A stretch of 64,000 nucleotides of DNA, taken from positions 84,513-148,512 of the forward strand of contig CP099830.1 of the NCBI GenBank assembly GCA_029851325.1, in the 5' to 3' direction. This document shows positions 9,828 to 25,450 of this stretch, piece after piece. Every line of letters begins with the position of its first letter. Within the stretch, counting starts at the first letter, position 1. The notes beneath the pieces were generated by a model. It saw only the letters and a program-made list of their open reading frames with translations. It ran no database searches and had not been told where the DNA came from. This DNA comes from Candidatus Shikimatogenerans bostrichidophilus. GTDB lineage: Bacteria > Bacteroidota > Bacteroidia > Flavobacteriales > Blattabacteriaceae. The position numbers and the translations under genes were made by a program.

Positions 9828-10058
9828 ATGATCACTATAATTTATAAAAGAGATAAATGTATCGGATGTAATAGTTGTGTATTAGTATGCCCTTTATTTT
9901 TTAGTATGTCTAAAATAGATGGAAAATCTGTTTTATTAAAATCTAAATTAAAAAAAAATAATTATATATTAAAAAATATAGATAATGTATTTACAAGATA
10001 TTTAAGTAAAGCTACAAAAATATGTCCGGTAAAAATAATTAAAATAATAATACATTAG
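9828..10058 (+). CDS. Ferredoxin
   Basis: CIGCNSCVLVCP and a distal ICPV; starts 8 nt after the U32 gene. Confidence 0.9.
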   Translation: MITIIYKRDKCIGCNSCVLVCPLFFSMSKIDGKSVLLKSKLKKNNYILKNIDNVFTRYLSKATKICPVKIIKIIIH

Positions 10059-10061
10059 GTT

Positions 10062-11582
10062 TTAGTATTTTTTTTCCATATATAATATTTTAATAAAATT
10101 ATTTTTTTTATAAAAATAAAAGAAACCTATTCTTAAAAATTGATATATATTATTTATTTTTAAGTTTTTTATATAAATTTTATCAGTATATCCTATAATA
10201 GACTTTAGACTATTTATATTATAAATTTTATTTTTTTTTTTATTAAAATAAATATATTTATAATTTAATATTTTAATTTTTTTTATAAAATTATAAGATA
10301 CCCATTGTATAGTACTTTTAATATTTTTTATATTTTTATATATTTTACAATAAATTTTTTTAATTTTATTTTTTTTTTTTATAATTTTATAAGCTTTAAT
10401 GATGTAAGAATATTTTAATCGGATATAATTTTTTAATGATAATCTATAAAAAGTATTATCATGTTTTAATTTGAAATCATCATATTCTATATATATATAC
10501 CTAGTAAATGGGATTTTATATTTATTATTTAATTTAATCCATTTAACATATTTTTTTTTAAAATTTTTAATTATTAATTTAATAGGATTAAATAAAACCA
10601 TAATAATAGGGGCTTTTTTTATTAAAATTTTTTTTACTTCTATATCTAATGTTTTAATAGATATATTATAATTTCTTTTAGTGAAACCTATTTTTTTAAT
10701 AAAATTAATAATATATATAGATTTGTAACCTTTTTTTTTAAAAGAATTAAGAGTAGACAATCGAGGATCTTCATAATTTTTAATAATTTTTTTTTTAATT
10801 AAATAATTAAATTGTCGTTTACTGGTAATAGTATCTATTATATTTAATTTAGAAAATTCTATTTGCTTAGGTTTTAATGAATTAAAAGTTTTATTATATA
10901 TATAATTTATAAACAAGTTATATAAAGGTTTATGATTTTGAAATTCTATAGAACATAATGAATGTGATATTTTTTCTATATAGTCTGATTGTCCATGGGC
11001 CCAATCATATGTTGGATAAATACACCATTTATTAAGTGTTTTATAATGATTTTTTTTAATTATTCTATATATTATAGGATTTTTTAAATGATAATTAGGT
11101 AATTCTTTTGAAATATTAGCTCTAAGAACAAACATATTTTCGTCATATTTACCTAATTTCATATTATTAAAATGATATAGATTTTTATCAATATCGTAGA
11201 CATTATAATTCTTTTGTGTATTTTTATTATAATATTGTATATAAGCTTTTTTTTTAATTATTAATTTTTTTGCCCATTTATATAAGATTAAGAAATAATC
11301 AGAAGTAAAAGATAATTTATTCCATTTAAACCCTAACCATTTTATATTATTTATAATTTTTTTTACATAAAATAGATTCTCATTTTTTGGATTAGTATCA
11401 TCAAATCTTAAATTAATTTTACAGTTAAATAGTTTAGCTAATTTAAAATTTATATAAAGAGCTTTTACATGTCCTAAATGTAATACTCCGTTAGGTTCGG
11501 GAGCAAATCGAAATTTTAATTTTTTTTTAGATAAACCATTATTAATATCTTTATTAATTTCTTTAATAATAAAATTATTCAT
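10062..11582 (-). CDS. glnS: Glutamine--tRNA ligase
   Basis: RFAPEPNGVLHLGH, RFDDTNP, WCIYPTYDWAHGQSD, QFLRIGFF. Confidence 0.96.
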   Translation of the reverse strand: MNNFIIKEINKDINNGLSKKKLKFRFAPEPNGVLHLGHVKALYINFKLAKLFNCKINLRFDDTNPKNENLFYVKKIINNIKWLGFKWNKLSFTSDYFLILYKWAKKLIIKKKAYIQYYNKNTQKNYNVYDIDKNLYHFNNMKLGKYDENMFVLRANISKELPNYHLKNPIIYRIIKKNHYKTLNKWCIYPTYDWAHGQSDYIEKISHSLCSIEFQNHKPLYNLFINYIYNKTFNSLKPKQIEFSKLNIIDTITSKRQFNYLIKKKIIKNYEDPRLSTLNSFKKKGYKSIYIINFIKKIGFTKRNYNISIKTLDIEVKKILIKKAPIIMVLFNPIKLIIKNFKKKYVKWIKLNNKYKIPFTRYIYIEYDDFKLKHDNTFYRLSLKNYIRLKYSYIIKAYKIIKKKNKIKKIYCKIYKNIKNIKSTIQWVSYNFIKKIKILNYKYIYFNKKKNKIYNINSLKSIIGYTDKIYIKNLKINNIYQFLRIGFFYFYKKNNFIKILYMEKKY

Positions 11583-11592
11583 GTATAATTTG

Positions 11593-12849
11593 TTATTTAT
11601 ATTTTAAATTTAATAAGAAAAATTTTTTTTTACCTTTTTGAAATAATAAATATTTATTATAGATTAAGTTATTTAAATTAATTATATGATTATAAATTTG
11701 TTGACAATTAATTAATAATATACCATTATTTTTAATAAAGTTTTTATATTCAGTATTAGATTTAAAAATTATTTTATTTTTTGCAATGATATTATATATA
11801 GTAAATGTTTTATTAGGATTAATATTAATATTAATATTTTTAATATATTTTTTAATTAACTTAATATTTTTTATAATATATTTAATTTTTATTTTTTTTT
11901 TAAATAAAATATTCATTACAGAAATTATTTCATAATATGTTTTTTTATTATGTATCCAAGAAATAAAATATTTAACTAAATATTTTTGTAAATATTTTTT
12001 ATGTTTAAATTTATTATGTATTAATATAGTTTTTTTTATTTTTTTTATATTTAGATAAGAAAATTGTTTAAAATAATTAATAGCTTCTTTATCTGATAAA
12101 TTAATTAAATATTGATATAATTTATAAATAGAAGTTTTATTTTTATCGATCCAAATATTTTTAATATTTTTATTACTTTTACTAAATTTTATACCTTTAG
12201 AATTTAATAATAGAGGGAAAGTAAACCCATGAACTTTTTTATTTTTTATTTTTTTTATTAATTTAATTCCAGTAATTATATTGTTCCATTGATCAGCGCC
12301 TCCTATTTGTAAACTACATTTAAATTTATTATTTAGATATAAATAATCGTATCCTTGTAATATATGATATATGAATTCTGTAAATTTTATATTTTTATTA
12401 TTATTTAATTTTTTTTTTATAATTTTAATTTTTAATATAGAATTTATAGAAATTTTTTTTAAAATTTTTAATAAAAATTTTAATAATTTTATTTTTTTTA
12501 ACCATTTAATATTGTTTAATATAAGTATTTGTTTATTTTTTATAATTTTATATAGTTGATTTTTAATCAATTTTATATTTTTTAAAATTTTATGTTTATT
12601 TTTTTTATTTTTATTTTTAATATCTCCTATTAAAGAAGTAGCGCCACCTAATATTATAATTAAATTTTTATATCCTAATTTGTATAATCTATTTATTAAA
12701 GAAATTCCTAATAAATGACCTATATGTAAAGAACTATAATTAGGATCTATTCCAAAATAAAAATAGTTTTTTTTTTTAAAAAGATGAATGTTTTTTGTTG
12801 TATTATATATTAAATTTCTAAATTTAAATTTTTTTAGTAAGTTTTTCAT
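11593..12849 (-). CDS. tyrS: Tyrosine--tRNA ligase
   Basis: YFGIDP..SLHIGH, LQGYDY, QIGGADQWNNI, KFSKS. Confidence 0.96.
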   Translation of the reverse strand: MKNLLKKFKFRNLIYNTTKNIHLFKKKNYFYFGIDPNYSSLHIGHLLGISLINRLYKLGYKNLIIILGGATSLIGDIKNKNKKNKHKILKNIKLIKNQLYKIIKNKQILILNNIKWLKKIKLLKFLLKILKKISINSILKIKIIKKKLNNNKNIKFTEFIYHILQGYDYLYLNNKFKCSLQIGGADQWNNIITGIKLIKKIKNKKVHGFTFPLLLNSKGIKFSKSNKNIKNIWIDKNKTSIYKLYQYLINLSDKEAINYFKQFSYLNIKKIKKTILIHNKFKHKKYLQKYLVKYFISWIHNKKTYYEIISVMNILFKKKIKIKYIIKNIKLIKKYIKNINININPNKTFTIYNIIAKNKIIFKSNTEYKNFIKNNGILLINCQQIYNHIINLNNLIYNKYLLFQKGKKKFFLLNLKYK

Positions 12850-12924
12850 AATTAATTTTGTAGATTATATATATATAATTTTAGCATAGAAAAAAAATAT
12901 AACAAATAAACAATTAAAATATAT

Positions 12925-13944
12925 ATGATATTTAAAAAAAAACAAATTATTTTAGGTATAGAAACATCCTTTGATGATACTTCTTGTGCCATAATTAAAG
13001 GAAATATTGTATGTTATAATAATACATATACACAAATACGACATAATGAATTTAAAGGTGTTAAACCGAATGTAGCGAATAATTTACATTTATGTAAAAT
13101 ATATTATATAGTAAAAAGAACGATTAAAGAATCTAAAATAGAAATAAAAGATATAAATGCAATATCTTACACGAAAGGTCCAGGATTAATAGGATCATTA
13201 ATGGTTGGGGAGAATTTTTCTAAATCTATGGCATTATCATTGGATATACCATTAATAGGAGTAAATCATATACATGGACATATATTTTCTAGTTTTATAT
13301 ATAATAAAAGAAAAAGATATCCTAAATTCCCTTATTTATGTTTTAGTTTAAGTGGAGGTCATACTAAAATATTTTTAATAAAAAGTTTTTTAAATATTAA
13401 AGAAATAGGACGGACTTTAGATGATAGTTTAGGTAATTTATTTGATAAAGTATCAATTTATTTAGGGTTTGAATATTATAATGGGCCAAGTAAAATAGAA
13501 AAATATTCAAAAAAAGGGAAATTTTTATATAAATTCCCTAGACCTAAAGTTAAAGGGTTAAATTTTAGTTTTAGTGGATTAATTACTTATTTAAAAAGAT
13601 TTATAAAAGAAAATAAAAAAAAAATAAATATAAAAGATTTATGTAAATCTTTTATAGAAACTATTTTTATAATTTTAAAAGAAAAAATTTATAAAGCTAT
13701 AAAATTAACTAATATAACTAATTTAGTTATTACAGGAGGAGTATCTTATAATGAAGAATTAAATAAAAAAATAAGAAAAATTTCATATAAAAATAAATGG
13801 AATTTATATATAAATAAGAATAAAGATTATATAAAAGACAATGCAGCTATGATAGCATTAGTAGGTTCTATAAAGTATTATTATAAGTATTATGATAATT
13901 ACAAGACATTGTCAATAAGTAAATTAAAAAGTAATGTATTATAA
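12925..13944 (+). CDS. tsaD: tRNA N6-adenosine threonylcarbamoyltransferase TsaD
   Basis: ILGIETSFDDT, GPGLIGSL, NHIHGH, SGGHT, DNAAMIA. Confidence 0.96.
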   Translation: MIFKKKQIILGIETSFDDTSCAIIKGNIVCYNNTYTQIRHNEFKGVKPNVANNLHLCKIYYIVKRTIKESKIEIKDINAISYTKGPGLIGSLMVGENFSKSMALSLDIPLIGVNHIHGHIFSSFIYNKRKRYPKFPYLCFSLSGGHTKIFLIKSFLNIKEIGRTLDDSLGNLFDKVSIYLGFEYYNGPSKIEKYSKKGKFLYKFPRPKVKGLNFSFSGLITYLKRFIKENKKKINIKDLCKSFIETIFIILKEKIYKAIKLTNITNLVITGGVSYNEELNKKIRKISYKNKWNLYINKNKDYIKDNAAMIALVGSIKYYYKYYDNYKTLSISKLKSNVL

Positions 13945-14181
13945 TTTATAATATTTTTTATATTTATTTTTAAATTTTTCTATTCTACCAGTTTTTTTTT
14001 TATTTTTTAAATGTCCTATATAAAATGGATGAGAGTATTTAGAAATTTCCATTTTATATAAAGGATAAATTTTATTTTTAATTTCTATAGTTTCTTTTGT
14101 AATAATAGTCGATTTAGTAATAAAGAATTTATTATTATTAATATCTTTAAAGACGACTAATCTATAGTTTTTATTAATCAT
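13939..14181 (-). CDS. rpmE2: 50S ribosomal protein L31 type B
   Basis: YRLVVFKD, YPLYKMEIS..SHPFY, GRIEKF. Confidence 0.93.
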   Translation of the reverse strand: MINKNYRLVVFKDINNNKFFITKSTIITKETIEIKNKIYPLYKMEISKYSHPFYIGHLKNKKKTGRIEKFKNKYKKYYKL

Positions 14182-14208
14182 AGAATGTATTTTATTATAT
14201 ATAATATA

Positions 14209-15273
14209 TTATATAATTAATAATAAATCTCCATAAGTAAAAAAATTATAATTAAATTTTATAGCTTCTTTATATATATAGGAAACATTTTTTAGTCCAC
14301 ATAAATTTAATAAAGAGATAAAGTTTATAGAATCAAATTCATTAAAATATGTAATTAATGAATTAACGAATTTATATTTGTATAGATAAGGAAACATTTT
14401 GTTAATATATCCTTTGTATGGAATAAGGACATTTTTATCAAAAATAATATTTTCTATAGCTCTTAGAGTGTTACTACCTAAAGCACAAATTTTAATTGAT
14501 TTTTTTTTCTTTTTTTTTTTATAAATTTTTTTTATTATTGTTTTTTTTATGAATAATTGTTCACTATTTAAATTATTATATTTAAATAAATTTTTAATGT
14601 TAAAATTTAAGTATTTATTAAAATTTAAATGTAGTGTTATAGTTAAAAATAAAATATTGTGTAATTTTAAATTTAGTAAGATGTTTTTATGGAAATAAGC
14701 TCCTGCAGTGGGAAATATTGTTGATCCTATTTTTTTTGCATATGCATTTTGATAATTATTAATGTGAATATTTTTATTTTTTTTTGAATGTTTATGAAGT
14801 AAGAATTTGCCGAATTTAAAAATATTTTTTTTTAAGTTTATATTGTCTTTTTCATAAATAAATCTTAGTAATCTTCCTTTAGAAGTAGTGTTATCAATAA
14901 TTTCAGCTTTTATAAATTTATTTTTTTTTATTTTAAAATATATTTTATTTCCTAATCTTATTTTTCTTGCGGGATTTACTAGTATGTCCCATATATTATG
15001 AATAGGGTTTAATTCTTTTAGTAAATATACTTCTATATTATTTTTTATTTTATCTTTTGAGCAATAATATTTTACAGGATATGATTTACTATCATTTGCT
15101 ATTATAATGTCATTTTTATTAAAATATTTATAAATATTATATATTTTATCATGTATAATTTTTTTTTTTTTTTTAATAAATATCATTAATTTAACATTTG
15201 TATAATATTTAGGAAATTTTGTTATAAGTCTTTTGGGAATTTTTATATTTTTAATTTTTTTTGTAAAATCCAT
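14209..15273 (-). CDS. queA: S-adenosylmethionine:tRNA ribosyltransferase-isomerase (divergent)
   Basis: WDILVNPARKIRLGN, IIDNTTSKGR, PTAG, FFTYGDLLLI. Confidence 0.88.
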   Translation of the reverse strand: MDFTKKIKNIKIPKRLITKFPKYYTNVKLMIFIKKKKKIIHDKIYNIYKYFNKNDIIIANDSKSYPVKYYCSKDKIKNNIEVYLLKELNPIHNIWDILVNPARKIRLGNKIYFKIKKNKFIKAEIIDNTTSKGRLLRFIYEKDNINLKKNIFKFGKFLLHKHSKKNKNIHINNYQNAYAKKIGSTIFPTAGAYFHKNILLNLKLHNILFLTITLHLNFNKYLNFNIKNLFKYNNLNSEQLFIKKTIIKKIYKKKKKKKSIKICALGSNTLRAIENIIFDKNVLIPYKGYINKMFPYLYKYKFVNSLITYFNEFDSINFISLLNLCGLKNVSYIYKEAIKFNYNFFTYGDLLLII

Positions 15274-15287
15274 GTTAATTTATGTAT

Positions 15288-15295
15288 TATATTTG
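15288..15295 (+). promoter_or_regulatory. Candidate Bacteroidota -7 promoter element (TAnnTTTG) for the rRNA operon
   Basis: TATATTTG upstream of the 16S processing stalk; a TTTG at 15260-15263 lies at slightly long spacing; chance matches are likely in AT-rich DNA. Confidence 0.35.
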
Positions 15296-15391
15296 TTTAT
15301 TATATAATAAGTAATTATTATAATAATATTATTAAATGTAATAATTTAATAATAAAATTTTTGTTATTTAAAAAAAAATTATAAAGATAAA

Positions 15392-17058
<1,667 letters not shown>

Positions 17059-17074
17059 ATTATCTGTTTTAATA

Positions 17075-17148
17075 GGTCTTGTAGCTCAAATGGTAAGAGC
17101 ACTACACTGATAATGTAGAGGTTCGTGGTTCAATTCCACGCAAGACTA
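17075..17148 (+). tRNA. tRNA-Ile(GAT)
   Basis: In the 16S-23S spacer; anticodon arm CTACA-CTGATAA-TGTAG. Confidence 0.95.
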
Positions 17149-17161
17149 TTAAAATTATAAA

Positions 17162-17234
17162 GGGGGATTAGCTCAAATGGAAGAGCATCTGTTTTGCATA
17201 CAGAAGGTTAACGGTTCAAATCCGTTATTCTCCA
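17162..17234 (+). tRNA. tRNA-Ala(TGC)
   Basis: Acceptor GGGGGAT/ATTCTCC with G3:U70; anticodon TGC. Confidence 0.95.
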
Positions 17235-17306
17235 TATTATTTATTATTTGTAAATAAAAAAATAATAAATATTAAATTTTGGATATTTGAAAATATTATA
17301 AAAATT

Positions 17307-20330
<3,024 letters not shown>

Positions 20331-20354
20331 ATTAATAAATTTTAATTTATAATT

Positions 20355-20470
20355 AAATGGGTTGTTTATAGAGATAGTTATTACCTCTTACCATTCCGAA
20401 CAGAGAAGTAAAAATTATCTACGCTGATGGTACTAATTTAATAAATTGGGAGAGTAAGTACAGCCCATTT
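20355..20470 (+). rRNA. rrf: 5S rRNA
   Basis: Terminal pairing AAATGGGTTGT/ACAGCCCATTT; CCATTCCGAAC; GATGGTACT...GGGAGAGTA. Confidence 0.93.
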
Positions 20471-20475
20471 AATTA

Positions 20476-21789
20476 TTAGATAAAGTTTTTAATATTTTCA
20501 ATTTTTAAATTATGTTTATGAGCATAATTTTTAATAATAAAAAAAGGAATACCGTAAGTTGAATAAATATATAATATTGTTTTTTTTTTGATATATTTAT
20601 TTTTTAAAATATTTTTTTCTTGTTTTAAATAAGAATCCATTAATTTTATATTATCTTTAATATTTTTATAAAAAAAAATTTCTTCTTTTTTTAATTTATT
20701 TTCTATAATAATTAATTTTTTTAAAATAATTTTTTTATAAAAATTTTTATAAACAATTTTTATTAATTTAAATAAAAAAGGAGTATTTATATTTAAAATT
20801 TTATAAACAAAAATTAAACATCTTCTAATTAATTTTCTTAAAATATATCCATATTTTTTATTATTAGGGGCAATATTATTATAAAAAATTATAAAAATAG
20901 ATCTGATATGATCAGAAAGAAGTTTAATTAAAAAATCATGATTTTTATTAATTTTATATTTTATATTTAAAATTTCTTCTATTCTTTTTATTATTTTTTT
21001 AAAAATATCTGTATCATATGTAGATTGTTTTTTTTGTAATATCATAGATAATCTTTCAATTCCCATACCAGTATCAATAAAATTATTAGACAACAAATTA
21101 TTGTTCTTATAAATTTTATTATTTTTAATTAAATATTTTATGTTTACTATATTCCATAGTTCTATAACATATTTATTATTTTTATTTATTAATTTATATC
21201 CTTTTTTATTATTAATATTTTTTGATTTATTATTACGAATATCTACATGTATTTCAGTACAAGGACCACATAGTTTAAAATTATCTATTTTCCAAAAATT
21301 CTCTTTAAGTCCAAAAAATAATATATGTTTTTTATTAACAAATTTTTTCCAATATTTATAAGTCTCTATATCTTTTTTTAATTTATAATTTTTATTTCCT
21401 TTAAAAATTGTTACATAAATTCTTTTTTTACATATTTTATATATTTTAGTAAGTAATATCCAAGCATATTTTATAGCTTTTTTAATATCATAATTTCCAA
21501 TTGACCAATTACCTAACATTTCAAATAAAGTATGATGATAATTATCTTTTCCTACAGATTTTAAATCATTGTGTTTACCTGTAATTCTAATACATTTTTG
21601 GATATTTGCTATTTTAGTATATTTTATTTTTTTTTTACCTAAAAAAAATTTTTTAAATTGATTTATTCCAGAATTTATAAAAAATAATTTACTATTATCT
21701 TTATTAATAATAGGATAAGATTTGTATATTTTATGGTTTTTTTTTTTAAAAAAAGAAAAAAATTCTTTTTTTATTTTATTATATTTCAT
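20476..21789 (-). CDS. alaS: Alanine--tRNA ligase, aminoacylation core only (437 aa)
   Basis: QKCIRITGKHNDL, HHTLFEMLGNWS, GPCTEIH, DTGMGIERL, DHIR; no editing or C-Ala domain. Confidence 0.95.
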   Translation of the reverse strand: MKYNKIKKEFFSFFKKKNHKIYKSYPIINKDNSKLFFINSGINQFKKFFLGKKKIKYTKIANIQKCIRITGKHNDLKSVGKDNYHHTLFEMLGNWSIGNYDIKKAIKYAWILLTKIYKICKKRIYVTIFKGNKNYKLKKDIETYKYWKKFVNKKHILFFGLKENFWKIDNFKLCGPCTEIHVDIRNNKSKNINNKKGYKLINKNNKYVIELWNIVNIKYLIKNNKIYKNNNLLSNNFIDTGMGIERLSMILQKKQSTYDTDIFKKIIKRIEEILNIKYKINKNHDFLIKLLSDHIRSIFIIFYNNIAPNNKKYGYILRKLIRRCLIFVYKILNINTPFLFKLIKIVYKNFYKKIILKKLIIIENKLKKEEIFFYKNIKDNIKLMDSYLKQEKNILKNKYIKKKTILYIYSTYGIPFFIIKNYAHKHNLKIENIKNFI

Positions 21790-21821
21790 ATATATATTTA
21801 TTTAAAATTATAAAGTTAAAA

Positions 21822-22484
21822 ATGAATTATAAAATAATTAATTATATAAAAACAATTAATAAAAATATAAATACATTATTATTATATAATTATATAAATA
21901 CAACAATAAATCCATATATTATAGAGAAAAATAATAAAAATTATTCTCAAATAGATTTATTTTCCAAATTAATGGGAAAAAGAATTATTTTTATAGGGAC
22001 AGAAATAAATAGTGATATATCTAATATAATTCAATCACAATTATTATTTCTAGATTCTATAAATAATAATAGCATAAAAATATATATAAATTCTCCAGGA
22101 GGGGATATATATTCAGGATTAGGAATATATGATACTATGCAATTAATAAATTCTAAAATATCTACTACTTGTATAGGAATAGCCGCTTCTATGGCTGCTA
22201 TTTTGTTATGTTCAGGAGAAAAAGGAAAAAGATATAGTTTAAAACATTCTAGAATTATGATACATCAACCTATAGCAAGAAATATATATGGACAAGAATC
22301 AGATATAGAAATAAAAGCGAAAGAAATAAAAAATATAAAAAAAGAATTATATAAAATTCTTTCTTTGCATACTAAAAATAAAATTAATAAAATAGAAAAA
22401 GATGCAGATAGAGATTTTTGGATGACATCTAAAAAAGCTAAGAAATATGGTATGATAGATAAAATATTATATAAAAGAAAATAA
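21822..22484 (+). CDS. clpP: ATP-dependent Clp protease proteolytic subunit
   Basis: YINSPGG, GIAASMAA, MIHQP, DRDFWM. Confidence 0.97.
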   Translation: MNYKIINYIKTINKNINTLLLYNYINTTINPYIIEKNNKNYSQIDLFSKLMGKRIIFIGTEINSDISNIIQSQLLFLDSINNNSIKIYINSPGGDIYSGLGIYDTMQLINSKISTTCIGIAASMAAILLCSGEKGKRYSLKHSRIMIHQPIARNIYGQESDIEIKAKEIKNIKKELYKILSLHTKNKINKIEKDADRDFWMTSKKAKKYGMIDKILYKRK

Positions 22485-22487
22485 AAA

Positions 22488-23669
22488 ATGAATAATAATT
22501 ATTGTTTAATTTGTGAAGGAAAAAAAAAATTAATAAATTATAAAAACATATATATATGCAATAATTGTATAAAAAATATTAATAAGAGATATTATAATAA
22601 GATAAAAAAAAAATTAAATATATTTTTTTACCCTAAATATATAAACAAAATTTTAGATAAATATGTAATAGGACAAAAATATACTAAGAAAGTATTATCT
22701 GTAACTATATATAATCATTATAAAAGATTAATATATAATTCTGATTTAAATAAAAATATAAATATTGAAAAATCAAATATATTAATTATAGGAAAAACTG
22801 GAACAGGGAAAACATTATTAGCAAAAACTATTTCTAAAATTTTAAATTTACCTTTTGTTATAGTAGATGCTACAGTATTTACTGAAGCAGGATATGTAGG
22901 TGAAGATGTAGAAAGTATATTAACTAGATTATTACAAGTATCAAATTATAATATAAAATTAGCAGAGAAAGGGATAGTATATATAGATGAATTTGATAAA
23001 TTATCTAGAAAAAGTAAAAATCCATCTATTACTAGAGATGTATCAGGAGAAGGGGTACAACAATCTTTATTAAAATTATTTGAAGATTCAACAGTATATA
23101 TATCACCATTTATTGGGAGAAAACATCCTGAACAAAATATGATACCTATAAAAACGAAAAATATATTATTTATAGTTGGTGGATCTTTTGAAGGAATAGA
23201 AAAAATAATTAATTATAGAATAAAAAAAAGTAATGAAATAGGATATGATAGTATAATAAAAAGAAAAAAAAATATAAATAAGAATAAAACATTAAAATAT
23301 ATAAATACAAAAGATTTACAAGAATTTGGTATAATTCCAGAAATTCTAGGAAGATTACCAATAATTACATATTTAAATAAATTAACTAAAGAAGATTTAA
23401 AAAAAATACTTATAAAACCTAGAAATTCTTTAATTAAACAATATATAGAGTTATTAAAATTAGATAATATAAAAATTATAATAAAAAAATCATTTATAGA
23501 TATAATAGTTAAAAAAGCTATAAAACTAGGATTAGGGGCAAGAGGGTTAAAAGTTATATGTGAAAAAATATTTAAAGAAATAACATATAATATAGATAAA
23601 AAAAAAGAACGTAAAAAAATAATAATGAATAAAAAAATAGTAGAATTTTTTTTTAAAAAAAATGAATAA
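22488..23669 (+). CDS. clpX: ATP-dependent Clp protease ATP-binding subunit
   Basis: N-terminal CxxC..Cxx[34 protein letters not shown]. Confidence 0.97.
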   Translation: MNNNYCLICEGKKKLINYKNIYICNNCIKNINKRYYNKIKKKLNIFFYPKYINKILDKYVIGQKYTKKVLSVTIYNHYKRLIYNSDLNKNINIEKSNILIIGKTGTGKTLLAKTISKILNLPFVIVDATVFTEAGYVGEDVESILTRLLQVSNYNIKLAEKGIVYIDEFDKLSRKSKNPSITRDVSGEGVQQSLLKLFEDSTVYISPFIGRKHPEQNMIPIKTKNILFIVGGSFEGIEKIINYRIKKSNEIGYDSIIKRKKNINKNKTLKYINTKDLQEFGIIPEILGRLPIITYLNKLTKEDLKKILIKPRNSLIKQYIELLKLDNIKIIIKKSFIDIIVKKAIKLGLGARGLKVICEKIFKEITYNIDKKKERKKIIMNKKIVEFFFKKNE

Positions 23670-24645
23670 AGAAAAAAAAATAATTAAATTATTAAACAGA
23701 ATAGAGAAAAATCATGGAAAAGGATCTATTATGATTATGAATAAAAATAAAATTAGAACTCCTATAAATGTATTTAAAACAGGGTCAATAAGCTTAGATA
23801 TAGCTTTAGGGATATTAGGATATCCTAAAGGTAGAATAATAGAAATTTATGGACCAGAATCTTCAGGAAAAACTACTTTAGCCCTACATGCAATATCTGA
23901 AGTACAAAAAAAAAATGGACATTGTGTTTTTATAGATGCTGAACATGCATTTGATATAAATTATGCTAATAATTTAAAAATTGATTTAAATAAACTTATA
24001 ATTAGTCAACCTGATTATGGAGAACAAGCTTTAGAAATAGTAGATACTTTAATAAAATCTGAACTTATAGATTTAATAGTAATAGATTCAGTAGCGGCTT
24101 TAATACCTAAAAATGAATTAGTTGGGGAAATAGGTGAAAACAAAATAGGGTTACAAGCAAAATTAATGTCCCAAGCTTTAAGAAAATTTATAGGTATAAT
24201 AAGTAAAACTAAAAGTACTGTTATATTTATTAACCAAATTAGAGAGAAAATTGGAGTATTATTTGGGAATCCTGAAGTAACTACTGGAGGGAATGCTTTA
24301 AAATTTTATGCTTCTATTAGATTAGATATAAGAAAAATAGGGTTTTTAAAAGATAAAAATAATAAAATAATAGGTAATAAGGTAAGAGTTAAAGTAGTAA
24401 AAAATAAGTTATATCCACCTTTTAATATAGCAGAATTTGATATTATTTATGGGAAAGGGATATGTAAATATAGAGAAATATTAAGTTTAGGATTAAATAT
24501 GAATATAATTAAAAAAAAAGGTACATGGTTTAATGTTTATAATAAAAATATAGGAAAAGGAAAAGAAAATTTTATTAAATATTTAAAAAATCATAAACAA
24601 CTTTATTTAAAAATAAAAAAAGATTTAATAAAAAAAATTAAATAA
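23662..24645 (+). CDS. recA: Recombinase RecA
   Basis: [45 protein letters not shown]. Confidence 0.98.
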   Translation: MNKEKKIIKLLNRIEKNHGKGSIMIMNKNKIRTPINVFKTGSISLDIALGILGYPKGRIIEIYGPESSGKTTLALHAISEVQKKNGHCVFIDAEHAFDINYANNLKIDLNKLIISQPDYGEQALEIVDTLIKSELIDLIVIDSVAALIPKNELVGEIGENKIGLQAKLMSQALRKFIGIISKTKSTVIFINQIREKIGVLFGNPEVTTGGNALKFYASIRLDIRKIGFLKDKNNKIIGNKVRVKVVKNKLYPPFNIAEFDIIYGKGICKYREILSLGLNMNIIKKKGTWFNVYNKNIGKGKENFIKYLKNHKQLYLKIKKDLIKKIK

Positions 24646-25432
24646 AAATTTTTTTTTGTCTCATTATTTCAAAAATTATGATTGAAACTGCTACACTTAC
24701 ATTTAAAGAATTAATTATACCATACATAGGTATATGTATATTTTTATAAATTTTCCATTTTTTAGATACACCAGTATGTTCATTCCCAAATATTATAGCT
24801 ATTTTTTTATAAAAATTAAAATTGAATTTATATAAAGATAAATTATTTTTTTTTTGTATAGATGTACCTAATAATAAAATATTATATTTAAATAAAAATT
24901 TTGATATTTTATTAAAAGGGAAAATTAATATAGGGAAAATAAAAACACTACCTAAACTAGCTCTAATTATATTAGGATTATATATGTCTTTATTTTCATT
25001 AATAATGATACTATCGACAACATTAGTACATTCTAGGGTTCTTATAATAGCACCTAAATTTCCTGGTTTTTCTATATTATCTATTATTAAAAATAATATA
25101 TTTTTTTTTTTTTTTATTAAATTAAGAAATTTTTTTTCATAATTTATTTTTTTTTTAAAAAAAATTCCTAATATACCTTCAGAATTTTTTCTATATGCAA
25201 TTTTGTTGTAGGTTATTTTATTAATAGAAACAATAAATTTTTGTAAAATACAAAATTGTGTGTTTTCTTTTTTTTTTTTATATATATTTTTACATATAAA
25301 AACTTGTTTTAATTTTAAATTACTTTTTAAAGCCATTTTAATTTCTTGACTACCTTCTACTATAATTATATTTTTATTAATTCTTTCTTTTTTGGATTTT
25401 TGTAATTTAAGAATATTTTTAATATTTAACAT
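24638..25432 (-). CDS. TrmH/SpoU-family RNA 2'-O-methyltransferase
   Basis: [37 protein letters not shown]. Confidence 0.92.
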   Translation of the reverse strand: MLNIKNILKLQKSKKERINKNIIIVEGSQEIKMALKSNLKLKQVFICKNIYKKKKENTQFCILQKFIVSINKITYNKIAYRKNSEGILGIFFKKKINYEKKFLNLIKKKKNILFLIIDNIEKPGNLGAIIRTLECTNVVDSIIINENKDIYNPNIIRASLGSVFIFPILIFPFNKISKFLFKYNILLLGTSIQKKNNLSLYKFNFNFYKKIAIIFGNEHTGVSKKWKIYKNIHIPMYGIINSLNVSVAVSIIIFEIMRQKKIFI

Positions 25433-25450
25433 AGATAAAATAAAAATTAA

